Shown: positions 51,376 through 64,000, numbered from the stretch's first letter. The stretch: DNA of 64,000 nt from Camelus dromedarius (GCF_036321535.1 NC_087436.1:57910001-57974000), one strand, 5' to 3'. Notes: a model not told the origin generated them from the letters alone. Translations and numbers: made by a program.

Positions 51376-53719
51376 TATATAGGGCCTATCCCCAGAAAGT
51401 GTTCTTAATAGCAAAGACAAACTTTGTAGGATATTGATATTTATTAGGTTACAAGAGTAAATCATCTCTTTGGAAAGAAATCTCTTATTATCTTATTTCA
51501 TTATAGCACTTACTAATATCAAATATTTTCTTACCATGTTTATATCTGTTATCATGCATTAAGAAAACAAAATAAATGAAAGGATTAAGTCTGTCTCTCT
51601 TCTTCACCACTATATCTTCCATGCTCAGAATGATGTCAGGCAAAAATTGGGGGGGGGGGGCGGGGTGCATTCAGTGAGAGATGATTTGAAATGGTTGTTC
51701 ATTCATTTATTAGCTATGTGATTTCTGCGTTAGTAACCTGACTTGAGCTTAGATTCTTCTTCTATAAAAAGAGATATTATAATAACTATTACTTAGGGTT
51801 CCCCTTTATTCCTCCTTATCTTACCTTTCCTGCAAGTCTTCTTGGCCACTACTGTTAATGTTTTTTCCAATTATGAGGTCATCCTACCTATTCCTTAAAT
51901 TAGTCAGTGATATATACGTGACTGTTTTTCACAACCATTCTGCATCTAGCTATAACATTCTTAGGTGTGTGGATTATGATATAAATGTGATACAAAAATA
52001 AAACTCAAATGTCTTTATATACTAAATTAAGAGGAAATCCTTGGTACACTTTTATTTCAATATCAAAAAGCTAAATTTATGTGAATTATAAAATAGGTGA
52101 ATGGTTTCAGAAAGAGCACTTATTCTTCTAATTACATTAAATCTGTATTTTAGCTTTTAAAAAGTTACTCCTGAGGTAGATAAATATAAAATATAGTGGC
52201 CCCATGTGTTTCAGTTTCATGATAAAATGTTATTGAAGATGATATAATTAAAACATCCCCATATTTTCAGTCTCATTAGAGATGAAACTCATTTGTTTCA
52301 AGTATATTTCATATCTTTAGATAACATAAAAACAGAGCAAGATAGCCAAAATTGCACACCTCACTGTCAATTCAAACCATATCCCAGCCTCATCTGTGCA
52401 TCCATACACCATTTCTTTCCATCATGAAACCCTCTTAACTCTGTTTACTTGCTTCACTAAACAGTTTTGACATTATATGTCACTTGCATGAATGATACTG
52501 ACAGAGCAGTTCCGTGGGTTCCTTCTGGGCCTAAAGGACAAAGTGCCTGTAGTATAATTGTGCCATCTCAAGCAGCAGTCGTATAAATTGGCAGTTTGCT
52601 TAATGTAAAATGCAGATTTCTCAAGGGCAAGGCATCATTCTGAACAGTAATCATCATAATGCCTATAAAATTATTTTTCAAATAATTTGAAGGTTTACTC
52701 TATTTTGTGTTTAGTTTTTGTTTCCTCTTCCTCAAGGAGTTCAAGGGGCAATATAAACTCAGGCTGGAGTTTTGTTATAGCCATCTGCCTAAGGTAACTG
52801 CGCAATGTTGATTCCCTATGGAAACCTGAGAAGGGTTAAATATGACTTTGCCAAATATCAACTAGCTGCAGTGGCAACATATATAAGCCAAATCTCATTA
52901 TTTACAATTTGAAGTAACCGACATATAGTGCAAGATTTTAAACAATAACATTTTATTTTTTCTGTATGTATTTGTATTTTCATATTAATTTTTGTCTGTA
53001 TCATAATCAACAACCTTAGAGTATAAACTACCCAATGGAAGAGGACATACTGTCCTTCCTTTATCAACAGCTACTTTGCCTTTAAGATTCATATGGTACT
53101 CTACACTCTGGAAATTACTGATCCTTTAACCTCCCAGAAGTCTTCGTCAGTAGATGAAATTTCCTTACAAATATAATAAAGCCTTATTCACATAGAATTA
53201 CAGTTAGTTCTAGAACAATCTTTAAAGAGGTAAATTTGCCTCAAAAGCAGATTCTTCTATATCTTCTCCTTTAGAATTCCATTTTCCTGCATTTATTATG
53301 GGTATACATCTTTAATGCACAATCTGTTTAAATAATTTATTCTGCTATGTGTAAGATAGACAATATTGCAATCAGTGTTTACACTATATCTTAAGATTAT
53401 TAAATAATTCTTTTCCATTGAAAATTTTAAACCTAGGCCTAAATGAAATAACTGTGCTGGTATGACATTTTCGCCCCACTGATCTACAGGACTGGTGTCA
53501 CATTAGCTAAACTGTGAGCCTCTTTCTACCTCCTTCCTCTCTTTGGATTTAAGTCCCTCAGAAGCTTTGACTACATTTTCAGTCAAAGAATAACAAGACC
53601 AATATTGGAAAGTCCACTGTCTTACCATTAAGGCAAGGACTTCTTCACAAACATCCAGAGGCTAGCATTCACAAAAGAAAAAAAAACAAAAAACAAAAGT
53701 GGAATTTTTAACACTGCAT

Positions 53720-53890
53720 AGTTTAGCAGTTACAAGCACAAAATATGGAGGCAGGTTGCCTGGGTTATAATCCATTGTGTGACCTTGGGGAGGCTACATG
53801 TCTTCCTGTACCTTAGCTTTTTCATCTATAAAATGGGCTTAATAATAGTATCTATCCTATAGGGATATTATGATGTTTAAAAGAACTTGT
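53720..53890 (+). mobile_element. MIR SINE
   Basis: TGTGTGACCTTGGG...TTCATCTATAAAATGGGCTTAATAATAGTATCTA. Confidence 0.85.
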
Positions 53891-56218
53891 GATTGATTTG
53901 ATTAGTGGCACTGTTCAAAAACTGAATAGTGAGTTGATTTTTACAAAATGGATAAAATGACTGAAATTTTAGCATACCACATAGTTTAAAAAAATACTGT
54001 TATAGATGCGATGTCTTTTGACTCTCATTTAAAGCGTGTTTTGTTGTTGTTGCTTTTGACTGGACACTGACATAAAAATAAAACCAAAAAACAAGCATGA
54101 CTTCTTTTTTGAAATTCATATCCTAAAAATGATCAGATAACCACTGTTGTTTTACCACTGAAATCAACACAAAACAAAGTATTTTCCTGATACTACTATA
54201 CAAAACCAAGACTTGGGCTTAGTTTATTTTCAAACTTAGATGGTATCTGTCAAAGTAAATGCTTCAGCCAAACAAACAATAGCAATATCTGCTCATATTG
54301 ATGAGAACTTTAGGACCAGTTGAGAGAGTTTATTAATTTTCAACTGGAAAGTAGATCATACAGTAGAGGAAAAACAATCATAACAAGCATTTGCATATTA
54401 ATGAGACATTACAAAATCCTAATTTGGAAGAGATAATATTAAAAAGTGAAAAACTATTATCTTGTATAGCAATCAAATGACATACACTGTGGCTGCCTCA
54501 ATCATTTCTTAATCTTGGCCAACAGAAGCTGAAAACTACAAGAACAAAAGGAAGTAGTACTCAATGGAGGATGCTCTCCAGTAAGTGTTTTCAAAATAGA
54601 ACTCCTTTTAGTGGAAATATCTGAAAATGTCAAAGCTGACTGCAAACAAGCCCCACACACCTCACAGGAGGCTAAACCTCCTATAATAAGAGGCTAAGCC
54701 TCCTATTGCTCAGGAATATTAAAAGCCCTTGTTTTAAGACTTCACTAAACGTTTTAACCAATGCTTCCTTGAATCAAATCCATTTGCAAATCATTATCTA
54801 ACTAGGTCAAGTAAACACAAAAAAGATAATTGTTTAAAATTGATGCAAACAACCTAAATATCTTCTTGGTTTATTAAAGTAAATACATCACTTGAATGTA
54901 TGATTGCATGGCAAACTCCATTCTAGATATTATTTTTTCTATCATAAAAATAAAAAAGCTGAATTAGTTTTTATTTTCAGAGAGACAGAACATGGTGAAA
55001 CTCTGTAAAGGGTAACTTAATAGACAAGTTTCAATATGCCAAGCAGTGAGGGGCAATGGGGCATATGTTTCTATCTTCATTTTAGAGCAAAGCAATAACA
55101 CGGCACTGCCTCTTACAGCCACTGGGCAGAATTTGTAAAGTAAACTCTGTTAACCAAATTCTCTCATTTCGTTCTATAAAAAAGATATTTCTAATCACAT
55201 ATTATCATTATAAGATACCCCAGGTTGCTAAAAATATTAAATTTTAATTTTTGTTAAAATGCTTAGTTTTGTAGTTTTGAATACCAGCATAAAGGTAAAA
55301 AAAAAAAAGTCCGTTGTGCCCATAAAACTGAGCATGGCATTATTGTAAAAACATCACATAAATTCAACAGAAATTCAAAAAGAAAATAATTTTAAACTTG
55401 ATTTTGACATCCATCAAGTTTTCTCAAAAGAGACTTTAATAAGTGATAGTCATTATCTTAGTGAATTCATCACTATCCAAGGTCAGGCCATTAGCACTGC
55501 AGGCTCAGAAAGTGCCTATTGTAAGAATACTGCGCACTATCCCATCACTCAGTACAAGTCACATTAGCAAAGTCCAGACTGTGATAGGAAGCCGTGATGC
55601 CAATGTATTCATTTCCAGTGAGATTCCTATCCTTTTCACACATACAGGAATGTGACTGATGCCTTTTTTTTTTTTTTGAATTGAGATATAACTGACATAA
55701 AACTTTATATTGACTAATTTATTTCCTAAACAATTTATTTATCTGACCAATTTAGTCTTTCTCTACAGTAGGCCCACGTGGAAGCCAATTAAAATCTGAA
55801 GGCTGTTTGGAGAACCCAAATCAGAATGGAGGAGTTGGAGTACCCATGTTTTCAATGGCTGCAGCATAAGAAGTCTTGATATTTCCACCAAAATCCATGG
55901 CCTTTCCAGTGACATTTATAGATGGGAAGGCACTTTTGCCTTGGGGAGTGGTTGACTGGGAGATGAGTTAGGAGGTTAACTGTGTGAAGCACACAGAATC
56001 TTACCTTTTTATTTACTTAAACATTCCCTAACCTTTACTTTGAACAACAACTTGCCACACCATTACAGAAGATCAAGAATTAAACTGAAATAAAGGTTTT
56101 GACAGGAAAAATTTTGGCTTGGCTTTTCCTCCATTTAAAGGAGAATATTCTCAAAGACTTTCTTCAGCTGGTTATAGAATTTGTATTGGTAATAAGGGGA
56201 AATAGGATACAACTGTCA

Positions 56219-56920
56219 TGTTGCATCCAGTGCACTAAAGACCACACTGAACAACAGACCTAAGTGAACAGTCTTAGGCTGATTGCATAATCCTATGAGG
56301 CCTTCCCAGGACAGGCCCCCACCCCATGTCCTCCAAACGCTACTGCTTCATTCCCACTGCCTGCCACTTGTTTGTTGTACAACTTTAGCCTTCTAGGCCT
56401 TCCCTGAGTTTCAAAGGATAAGTTTAATCAGAGAAGTGAGAAAATGCAGAAACAAAGGAAAAGTCAGTTAAGGCAAAATAATAATAGTTTAGCCATTAAA
56501 CAAAATCAAAGATCTTTAGTTCCTTCTCAAGGGCTACAGATAATATTCTGAGCCATATCCTTTGATATGCAGATACTGAACATCCCTACCGGGTGGAAGA
56601 AGCTAACTGTATGCTGCCCACAAGCATGCAGACTCCAGACCAGTTGGAACCAGAAGACTGATGATGTTGACTCCTGATTACTTCTCCACCAATCAATCAG
56701 AAGAATTTCTGTGAGCTGATTACACATCCCACAACCCCCATCCCTTTAAAAACCTTTCCCTGAAAGCCATCAGTGAGTTTGGGTCTTCTGAGCACTAGCT
56801 GCCTGGACTCCTTGCTTGGTGCCCTGCAATAAATGCTGCACTTCCCTTCACCACAGCCCAGTGTCAGCAGATTGGCTTTACTGCACATAGGCAGGTGGGC
56901 TCAAGTTTGGTTTGGTAAAA
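56219..56920 (+). mobile_element. ERV solo LTR (ERV1-like)
   Basis: TGTTGC start, CCAATCA box, CCTTTAAAA TATA-like motif, AATAAA at about 56828 and end GTTTGGTTTGGTAAAA. Confidence 0.8.
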
Positions 56921-58839
56921 ATTATCATATAAATACATATACTTCAAAAGATTTTTTTAATGCACAATGAAGTACTTGCAAAAGGAATGTATGAAATTAC
57001 TTGAATATGTTTTAAAAATACACTCACACATCAATGCATCTTCCTATGATATTTTGATGTTGTTACAGAAAATAGAATTCCATTTAACTATTCATCACAA
57101 CTTACAGCAATAGTGAGATTATTCAAAGACATAGTATATTTTCCCCAAAGTGCATTCTCAAAATATATGGCTCAAAATTGATCATAAGCAAATCAGTTAA
57201 TGCAGTTACATTCTTAATACTGAGCACATTATGGGACTCCTCTTTCCCACTTAGAAAGTGAAAAGCTAATGAGTTAGCCAAAGGTATAAGTGGACATTAT
57301 GGAACATAGCACAAAGCTACACAATTTCTTAAACTCAAAGCTCAAAACCATTTCTGAGGGCAATCTTATCAAAATGATTGAAAAGGCACTTGGGAAAACC
57401 CAAACCCATGCATCAAGAATAAAAAGATACCAGATCAAATAACACAGCAAGCTCTGCTATTTTAGTCTTCTCAAAATAGCTTCAAACCAAGACAATAAAG
57501 CTCAGAAATAGTGAGGAGGAGAATGTGAAAACATGAGAGAGACAGAGAGAGAATGAAATCTAGCCAAAGAAAGCCACAAGAATGGTCAGTGAGACCTTTC
57601 CCTCCTCCACAAGAAATCCAGGTCTCTCAGTGTCTTGTGGAAAGTCCAGGTTCAACCTGAAAATGTGAACAGCAAAGCTGTCTGTCTGCTTAATTGAGAA
57701 GTGAACCAGATGAAAAGGGGAAGTTAATTAGCATTCAACTAATAGGCCCCAGGACTTGAGCACTCCCAATTGAGCACTTCTAAAAAGTAAGCTCTCAACT
57801 CATTTGAATATGTGGAAGTTGAGCACTTTCACAGCACGCTGAGTACTGATTGAGCTATTCCGAAGCACAGGGAGCACTTTCCTGTGTGAATTCTTGGCCA
57901 AATTTCCATTCCCCCAACCTTCCCTCTGCTTACACAGCTGCTAATCAAGAGGTGCCTTCCCGCTATGAAACTCCTGTGCCAGTTAGAATTATGTCTTAGC
58001 CTTTCATCTTCTATGTTTTAAAATAATTAAGAAATAATAATAATAATTAGTGAATATATGTCAGATGGATGTTCGTGTCCTCTAACGAGGTATCAGTTGA
58101 ACCAATTTCATCCTTCAAGGGCTCGAGTGACATTTTGGAAATTAGTGTCCATACTGAGAGCTGTGAGACTGTGCCGAACTTAACTGGGGACACCACAAGG
58201 GATTTCCAATGGTTTATTTCTCCTTAAAATTGGCCAGGAAGTAAAGCAATCTGAGAATGGTTCAATTTCCTAGCTTTTTGCAATTGTGTCAAGGTTCTCA
58301 TTTGGGCAGTCTCTCATCAATACAAAAGAAGATATTTTTATGATATGTAAAGGCAATCTTTTTTTTTCCTGCTTTGCTTTTTCACAAATAAATGAAAGAA
58401 AACAAATCATGAAGTATTTAATAAGCATCAGTGCTATGTCAAATACTGATGAGAAGATGAAATGAATAGTAGTCCCTGATTTCAAGTAGTTAACCATTTT
58501 ATTGAGAGAAATAATGCAACACCCTGATCTATATTCTGATATGGTAATTTCTCTCCTAAAATGTAACCTTCTATTCTAGTTTATCCTTTCTTTAGTCCTG
58601 AGATTTAAATTATGTTTTACCATTTTGTGGTGGGTTATTGGTTTCCAGTTAATTCTGTAGTGGCCACAGCTAAGTTTGGAATAAGGTGGTTATAAATAAC
58701 TAAAGAGCAAGTGTCTGGGATCAGATACTGAATATGACAATACTTAGAAATGCTATTTGAGGAGGCTCTGTCCAAGCAAATGGCTGATCTTCCTAGACTG
58801 CAGCTCTATAATGCTAGTTGCACACAAAGGCAAGAGAAC

Positions 58840-59486
58840 TGAAGAGAAATAGAATATGTCACCCCCAAATACGCCACTTGGCATAAGGATTATTCTGAGC
58901 TGAAGGCAACTGAGGAACAGCAGATGTAGGAAAAACTTTAAAAACAGAGCATAAGCTTCTCTTTAGTAAAGGAAATTTACATTTATACAGAAAATTTGCA
59001 TTGGTAAAGATGTGTCTCTCTCCTGTACCAGTAAGATGAAGATGACATTTAATGACTCTTATCAATGGAGAAGGCACTGACTTGAATCTGCAAAACTATC
59101 CTTAGTAAATACTGCTTATTCACCGTACTTTTCTGCATACTTGCTACCACTCCCACCCCCCTGCAGCGGCCCCCAACCCCTTTTCCTTCTCCACACTTTG
59201 TAGTCCTTTGGGATGGTATGTAAGTCCTAAAATTCTCTTTAAGTAACATCTCTGTACCAAGAAGAGAAGGATGACTAAATCACAAGAGCTGTTTATCACT
59301 GGAGAAGGTACCAACTTAAATTTGCATAACAAACCTTACCCTGTTCACTGTACTTTTCTCTTCACCTTCCTATAATCTGCCTTCCTCACACCCTTCTTCC
59401 TCAGTTTTGGGTGGAGATGGTATTTAAACACAAGTTCTAGCCTGTTCTTTGAGTTACTCATCCCTGAATTTTATATATATATGTAT

Positions 59487-59521
<35 letters not shown>

Positions 59522-59752
59522 AAATATATTTATATAAATAAACTTCTGTTTATTTGTTTTTTTCTTGTTAATCTATCTTTTCTAACAGGGGCCCTAGCCG
59601 AGAACCTACAAGAAGAAATATATTTTTTTCAAATTCCGCTAAAATTTCCAACAGTCTGTGTGTGTGTTTCTCTTGTTAATCTCTATCAGTTTGATTCTTG
59701 GGGACCCAGGTAGTGAACCTAGGTGGGCAGAGGAGATTTTTTCTCCCCTACA
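58840..59752 (+). mobile_element. Composite ERV1 LTR (MER34-like) with perfect 4-bp TSD
   Basis: TG...CA termini with GAAC on both flanks (58836-58839 and 59753-59756). It contains a second, related partial LTR at about 59250-59630. Confidence 0.85.
59472..59538. repeat. (TA)n(CA)n(TA)n microsatellite within LTR
   Basis: Direct reading. Confidence 0.9.
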
Positions 59753-61359
59753 GAACAAAACAAAGATTACTTATTCAAAGATGAGAACTGGGTGTCTCAA
59801 ATCTTATATCCTATGCTAAATTTGAACCAGGCTAGCTCTCAACCTTGATAATTTAAACAATAATATTAAAAAATAAATAAATATGCTCATGTTTTACCAG
59901 CTAGTTAAAGCTCCTCCTAATTAAAAAATAAAGGGATTAGATTGAATTTTTGAATGTTGTTTCATTTAATCTCGTCATGGAAATTCTAGTAATCCACACA
60001 GAAATGATAAAAATAGACAGTCTAAGGAGGGGAGGTGTCATTGCTGAGGTGAAATACTTCATTTACGTTTCAAGAAGTTATTGTTAGTTAGAATGTACTG
60101 ATTTGAAGAGTGAATTTAACATAAGGCAAATACATATACATTTGGAAGTAGGAAAGAATGCAATTAAATAAGAAGGAAAATGCTTGGTTCATCCTGATAT
60201 GTATGACTTAGTTCTTATTTAAATCAGTTATAAGATGAACCAGAACCCTCAAAACCAAAATCAAATTTCACCTCAAAACTTTACCATTTATTTAGAGCTC
60301 ACTAATATGTGATGTATCAGGTAGCATATGACGTGGAATTTAAAGTTAAATAAATAAAGAACCTGACCCTATGATGCTTAGAGTCTAAAGAAGGAGAATG
60401 ATAATAATGAGAATGCTGGTAAAAGATTTAAAAGTTCCAAGATTCTCAAAGATGTGTGTCCATTAAACAAAGTTAGAAAAACAAATGAAGTTAGCCTGTA
60501 GGGAAATATAAAGGGCTAGTTTTTTGTTTTGTTATGTTTATTTTTTTGTTTCATCTGTTATCAGAATTCTTTTTCAAAGTAAATAGGAAGTGATTATTGT
60601 GTTCATTCAGAGTATTAACATTTTAAGGAGCAATTTTGTTTTCTACTGGGGTCCCCAGCATGGCTTGACTTCAGTCATCTCATCAGTCATTTTCTGTCTG
60701 AAAGTCTGGCAAAGTGGGAACAGAGTGGTCCATTTGCTTAAGCTCCTTAATTACAAGGGAGACACCTGAACATCTGTGGGCTGACAGGTAAATGCCCTAG
60801 TTAGATTCACTTATTCTCTGGGGCATATGGTCCAACCTCAGTCTCACTGGACACTAAAATGGAGCACCTAGAACTTGGTGTTTCTAACCCTTAGGTTGAA
60901 TTGGACAACGATACCAGCAACAGGCTGGTATAAGAGTGACTCGTGAATTTTCCTGGTGGTAGCATCAGTCTCCAACTTACATCTGGAACACTGGGTCATC
61001 AACATAAACATCTTGATACCAGAACTTTGCAGAAAGGTGAAAGGAAATGGTGGCTTCTGATAGACTCTAGGGATCCCGGACTATCAGTCTGAGGGAACCA
61101 GAATTCCAACAGTTTAGCTGGTGGGGACTGTGAAAAAATAACTCTTTTATTATTATTATTATTTTCAACAAGTAATGTGCCTCAGGCAGGTGGGCCAAGA
61201 AGCATGTTACAAAATTCCCAGTTACTTATACTGCTGAGTTATTTATATTGTTAAAGAACATTTGTTACCGAATTTCTACACTTTCCTAATGGTTGTTATT
61301 CTGAATTTCAGACAAATGTTTTTTAGATATAAATTCAAGGTCTAAAGCAGTGCTAGTCA

Positions 61360-61548
61360 CAACTCTTCATTATATCTGGAGAGACATTTTAATCATCTGC
61401 TGTTTCCTACACATTCCATAATAACGTTCACTTGGTAGTACACTTAAAGGTTTATGGCTGAATTCCAGCCTAAAAAAAAAATCTTGATTGTTACCAAGAT
61501 TTATAATAAAGCAGAAATAAACCAGATTTTTAAATTTAAAAAAAAAAA
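61360..61548 (+). pseudogene. Retroposed polyadenylated insert (probable processed 3'UTR fragment, parent unknown)
   Basis: AATAAA at 61505 and 61516, poly(A) from 61538, TSD AAAGCAGTGCTAGTCA / AAAGCAGTGTTAGTCA. The body is unlike L1 or SINE ends. Confidence 0.7.
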
Positions 61549-61552
61549 AAAG

Positions 61553-61880
61553 CAGTGTTAGTCAACATAACTTCCGGTGATAATGGAAATTCTCTATATA
61601 TGCCCCGTCCAGTGTTTTCTGGGAGTTTGATAGAAATATAAAATCTCAGGCTCATATCCACAGAATCAGAATTTGCATTTGAACAAAATCTCCAGGAGAC
61701 GAGTCTGCACATCAAAGCTCGAAAAGCAGTAGTCTAGAGCAGTTCTCTTCTTTCTCAAACTTTTCCTGTGCCAGTCACCTCAGGAGGTTTTTAAAAACAC
61801 TAATGCCTGCTCTCTACCCTGGAAGCTATGATACAGGGTTCTGGGAATCTAGGTAAAGGGACTTTTGAAATTCCTCACAG
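61553..61880. mobile_element. hAT-Charlie MITE cluster: MER3-like end plus MER5-like pieces
   Basis: CAGTGTTAGTCAACATAACTTCCGGTGATAATGGAAATTCTCTATA (MER3-like) and GAATCAGAATTTGCATTTGAACAAAATCTCCAGG (MER5-like). Confidence 0.7.
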
Positions 61881-63109
61881 ACAGATCCATGTATCCATAG
61901 ATATAAAAGCTGCATGCATTTATCACTGAATATGAATGGACAAATAGCTCTTCAGAAATATGCATGTTTTAATCAGCCATAGTACTTCACAATCCAAAAA
62001 TATAATTAACATCATTACACAAAAGTGAACAATATATGTTTAGTGCTGGTCATTGATCACATATGTCTTAATGAATGGCAATTCTCACACTTACAGGATG
62101 AAAATATTATTGAAAACTGCAGAGATACACTGAGGCCCAGCACTTCTCAGATTTTACTTGGGTTTATAGTGATAATAGTAATTCTTCCTCAATTTAAGTA
62201 GTTTCATGAAAAACAGTTTACTTCCAAGGATTCAAGTGAACCTGACTTCAAATAGTCAGTGAAATATCCACATTTGGTGAAATATCCAAAAATTTCAGCT
62301 TATTTTTTTCAGCTTATTTTTAAATTCATATATACATTTCCAAAATGCTATGATGATGGGTGTGTATTATAGTCTTTGTTTTTAAACCAATTCATCTTGA
62401 AATAGAGCAACCCTGATAGAATAGGGGCTGGATAATTTAGAAATACTTAAAGGTTTACAATTTTAAAAACAGTCATTGAGCTGTAAAGCATATGGTTTAC
62501 TCACCAAAATCTGTATCTTGAAATTGTGATTTCATTTCTACCAAAAATTTGTGAAGCTTTTGATTGTAGCTATAGTGAGTTCAGGTCAGATGCACTAAGA
62601 TGGGGTTTGGATCATGCTGGAAGTGTATTTCAGGACTCTGAGCAAAGGCAAACCTGTACTGTTACAAAATACAGTCAGAACCGTGCCCACTTCTGACCGA
62701 GCCCAGGTTTCCTGGGCTCCTAGTCCTGCTCTTCTTCAGTCCTGCCCAGAGAACTTAGCATCAGGTAGTCATTACTGCCATCTTTTTCCTCCACAAGTCC
62801 CAGATGAGGGTGACTACTTAAACTTCTTAGGTTAAGTCAGCATTGCTCTCTTGTTCTGCAGGTTCACATTCAGCATATCTAGGGATCTTGATATATCAGT
62901 AATTAAATACTATCTTGTGAATCACTTGAGTTCTAACAATTTCTTTCATTCCAAAAATTCCTTTACATGATAATATATTTCTGCAACCTATATTTGAATA
63001 TACAGTCACTGATTATTAAATATGTATATTATTCAATATAAATAATATTCAATATATGTTATATCATAAGCATACACACTAAAACAAAATCTATTTAGTC
63101 CAAATATCC

Positions 63110-63520
63110 TGTCTATGCTTGACTCAAAACACCTTAACATTCCCTTCAGCCTGACTCAGCTTTAAACAGGTTTCTGTCTGACTCTAGGTCTTTTGAGTTC
63201 CCTTTTCTTTGAGCACTTACTTTAGAATCCTTGCAATTGTAAATTCTTCATCTGCTCCTTTAACATGTATATCTCCCAGGCTCTCATTAGTTTTACAATC
63301 CAAAAATGTCTTTCTCCAGGACCTAGAAGTCATCCCTTTGACATGTAATAATCAAGGAAGATAGAGTCTCTCTCTCTCCAGATCTCTGTGGTTGGGTAGG
63401 AGGCTAACTTTGGTAAACACCAGTTACCAAACACAAACACAGATTGCCTCATCACACTGACCAAACCCCCAATAATGATCATGTCCTCCAGTACTTTTCC
63501 ACTAGCTCACCCCAGGGCAA
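63110..63520 (+). mobile_element. ERV1 LTR fragment (MER67-like)
   Basis: CTGACTCTAGG...CCCTTTTCTTTGAGCACTTACTTTAGAA...TTGCAATTGTAAATTCTT...GGGTAGGAGGCTAACTT. Confidence 0.7.
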
Positions 63521-63624
63521 ACTCTCCTTAAAAATGATCTAATGGGAGTTAGTCATACCAACTACTTCTTTGCCATATACAAAAAGCTAGGATGATTTTT
63601 CTCACATTTATTGGATACCTGGAG

Positions 63625-63878
63625 AGGTAATACAGCACAGTACACACCTGAAGAATGGTCTGGACTTGGCTGCCCTCTTACTTGCTGTGTGACCTGGGGC
63701 TACTTTCACAATCTCTTTGTATCTCGATTTCCCTTTTTTTTCTTTTTTTTTTGTAAAATGAGGCCAACCATTGCATCTACTTCATAGATTTGGTGTGAGG
63801 ATTAAATATGATAATATGTAAAACATGATTAGAACAGTGTCTGGCACATAAGAAAAGCTCAATAAATGTTAATTACTG
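63625..63878 (+). mobile_element. MIR SINE
   Basis: GCTGTGTGACCTGGGG...TGTAAAATGAGG...GTGAGGATTAAAT...AGAACAGTGTCTGGCACATAAG...CTCAATAAATGTTA. Confidence 0.9.
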
Positions 63879-64000
63879 CCGATGGCAACTACTTTACAAT
63901 GTACAGAATCAACTCAGATTTCTTGCCTCCAATTAGTTATGCCTTATCAGTTTACATTTAGAATTAATTGCTTTTTTTGCATTTTCATTTATTTTGTGCT

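Noticed and set aside
57750..57890. CRISPR-like array or pre-miRNA
   Set aside because: The repeats are only 9 bp with irregular spacing, the context is eukaryotic, and the stems are too short for a pre-miRNA.
62258..62322. Adjacent micro-duplications (GTGAAATATCCA x2, TTTCAGCTTATTTTT x2)
   Set aside because: Typical replication-slippage duplications with no evidence of function.

Overview
AT-rich, CpG-poor mammalian non-coding DNA, either intronic or intergenic. The younger L1 3' ends resemble cetartiodactyl L1, probably camelid; this is from recall and was not searched. I recognise no intact protein-coding gene, RNA gene, CRISPR array or prokaryotic system. The supplied ORFs are chance ORFs or decayed L1/LTR sequence, and the only recognisable coding remnants are a broken L1 ORF1 (4000-4794) and L1 ORF2 C-terminal pieces. 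The window is a mosaic of L1, L2, CR1/L3, MIR, MaLR/ERV solo LTRs and hAT DNA-transposon relics. The most notable structures read directly from the sequence are: a 189-bp polyadenylated non-L1 insert with 16-bp target-site duplications (TSDs) at 61360-61548, probably an mRNA 3'-end retrocopy; a four-layer nest of retroelements at 3370-7846; three L1 5'-inversions; a chimeric double LTR with a perfect 4-bp TSD at 58840-59752; and a possible minus-strand promoter/first exon near 36.4-37.7 kb. Repeat family names come from remembered consensus motifs and need RepeatMasker/Dfam confirmation. I found no convincing novel biological system.
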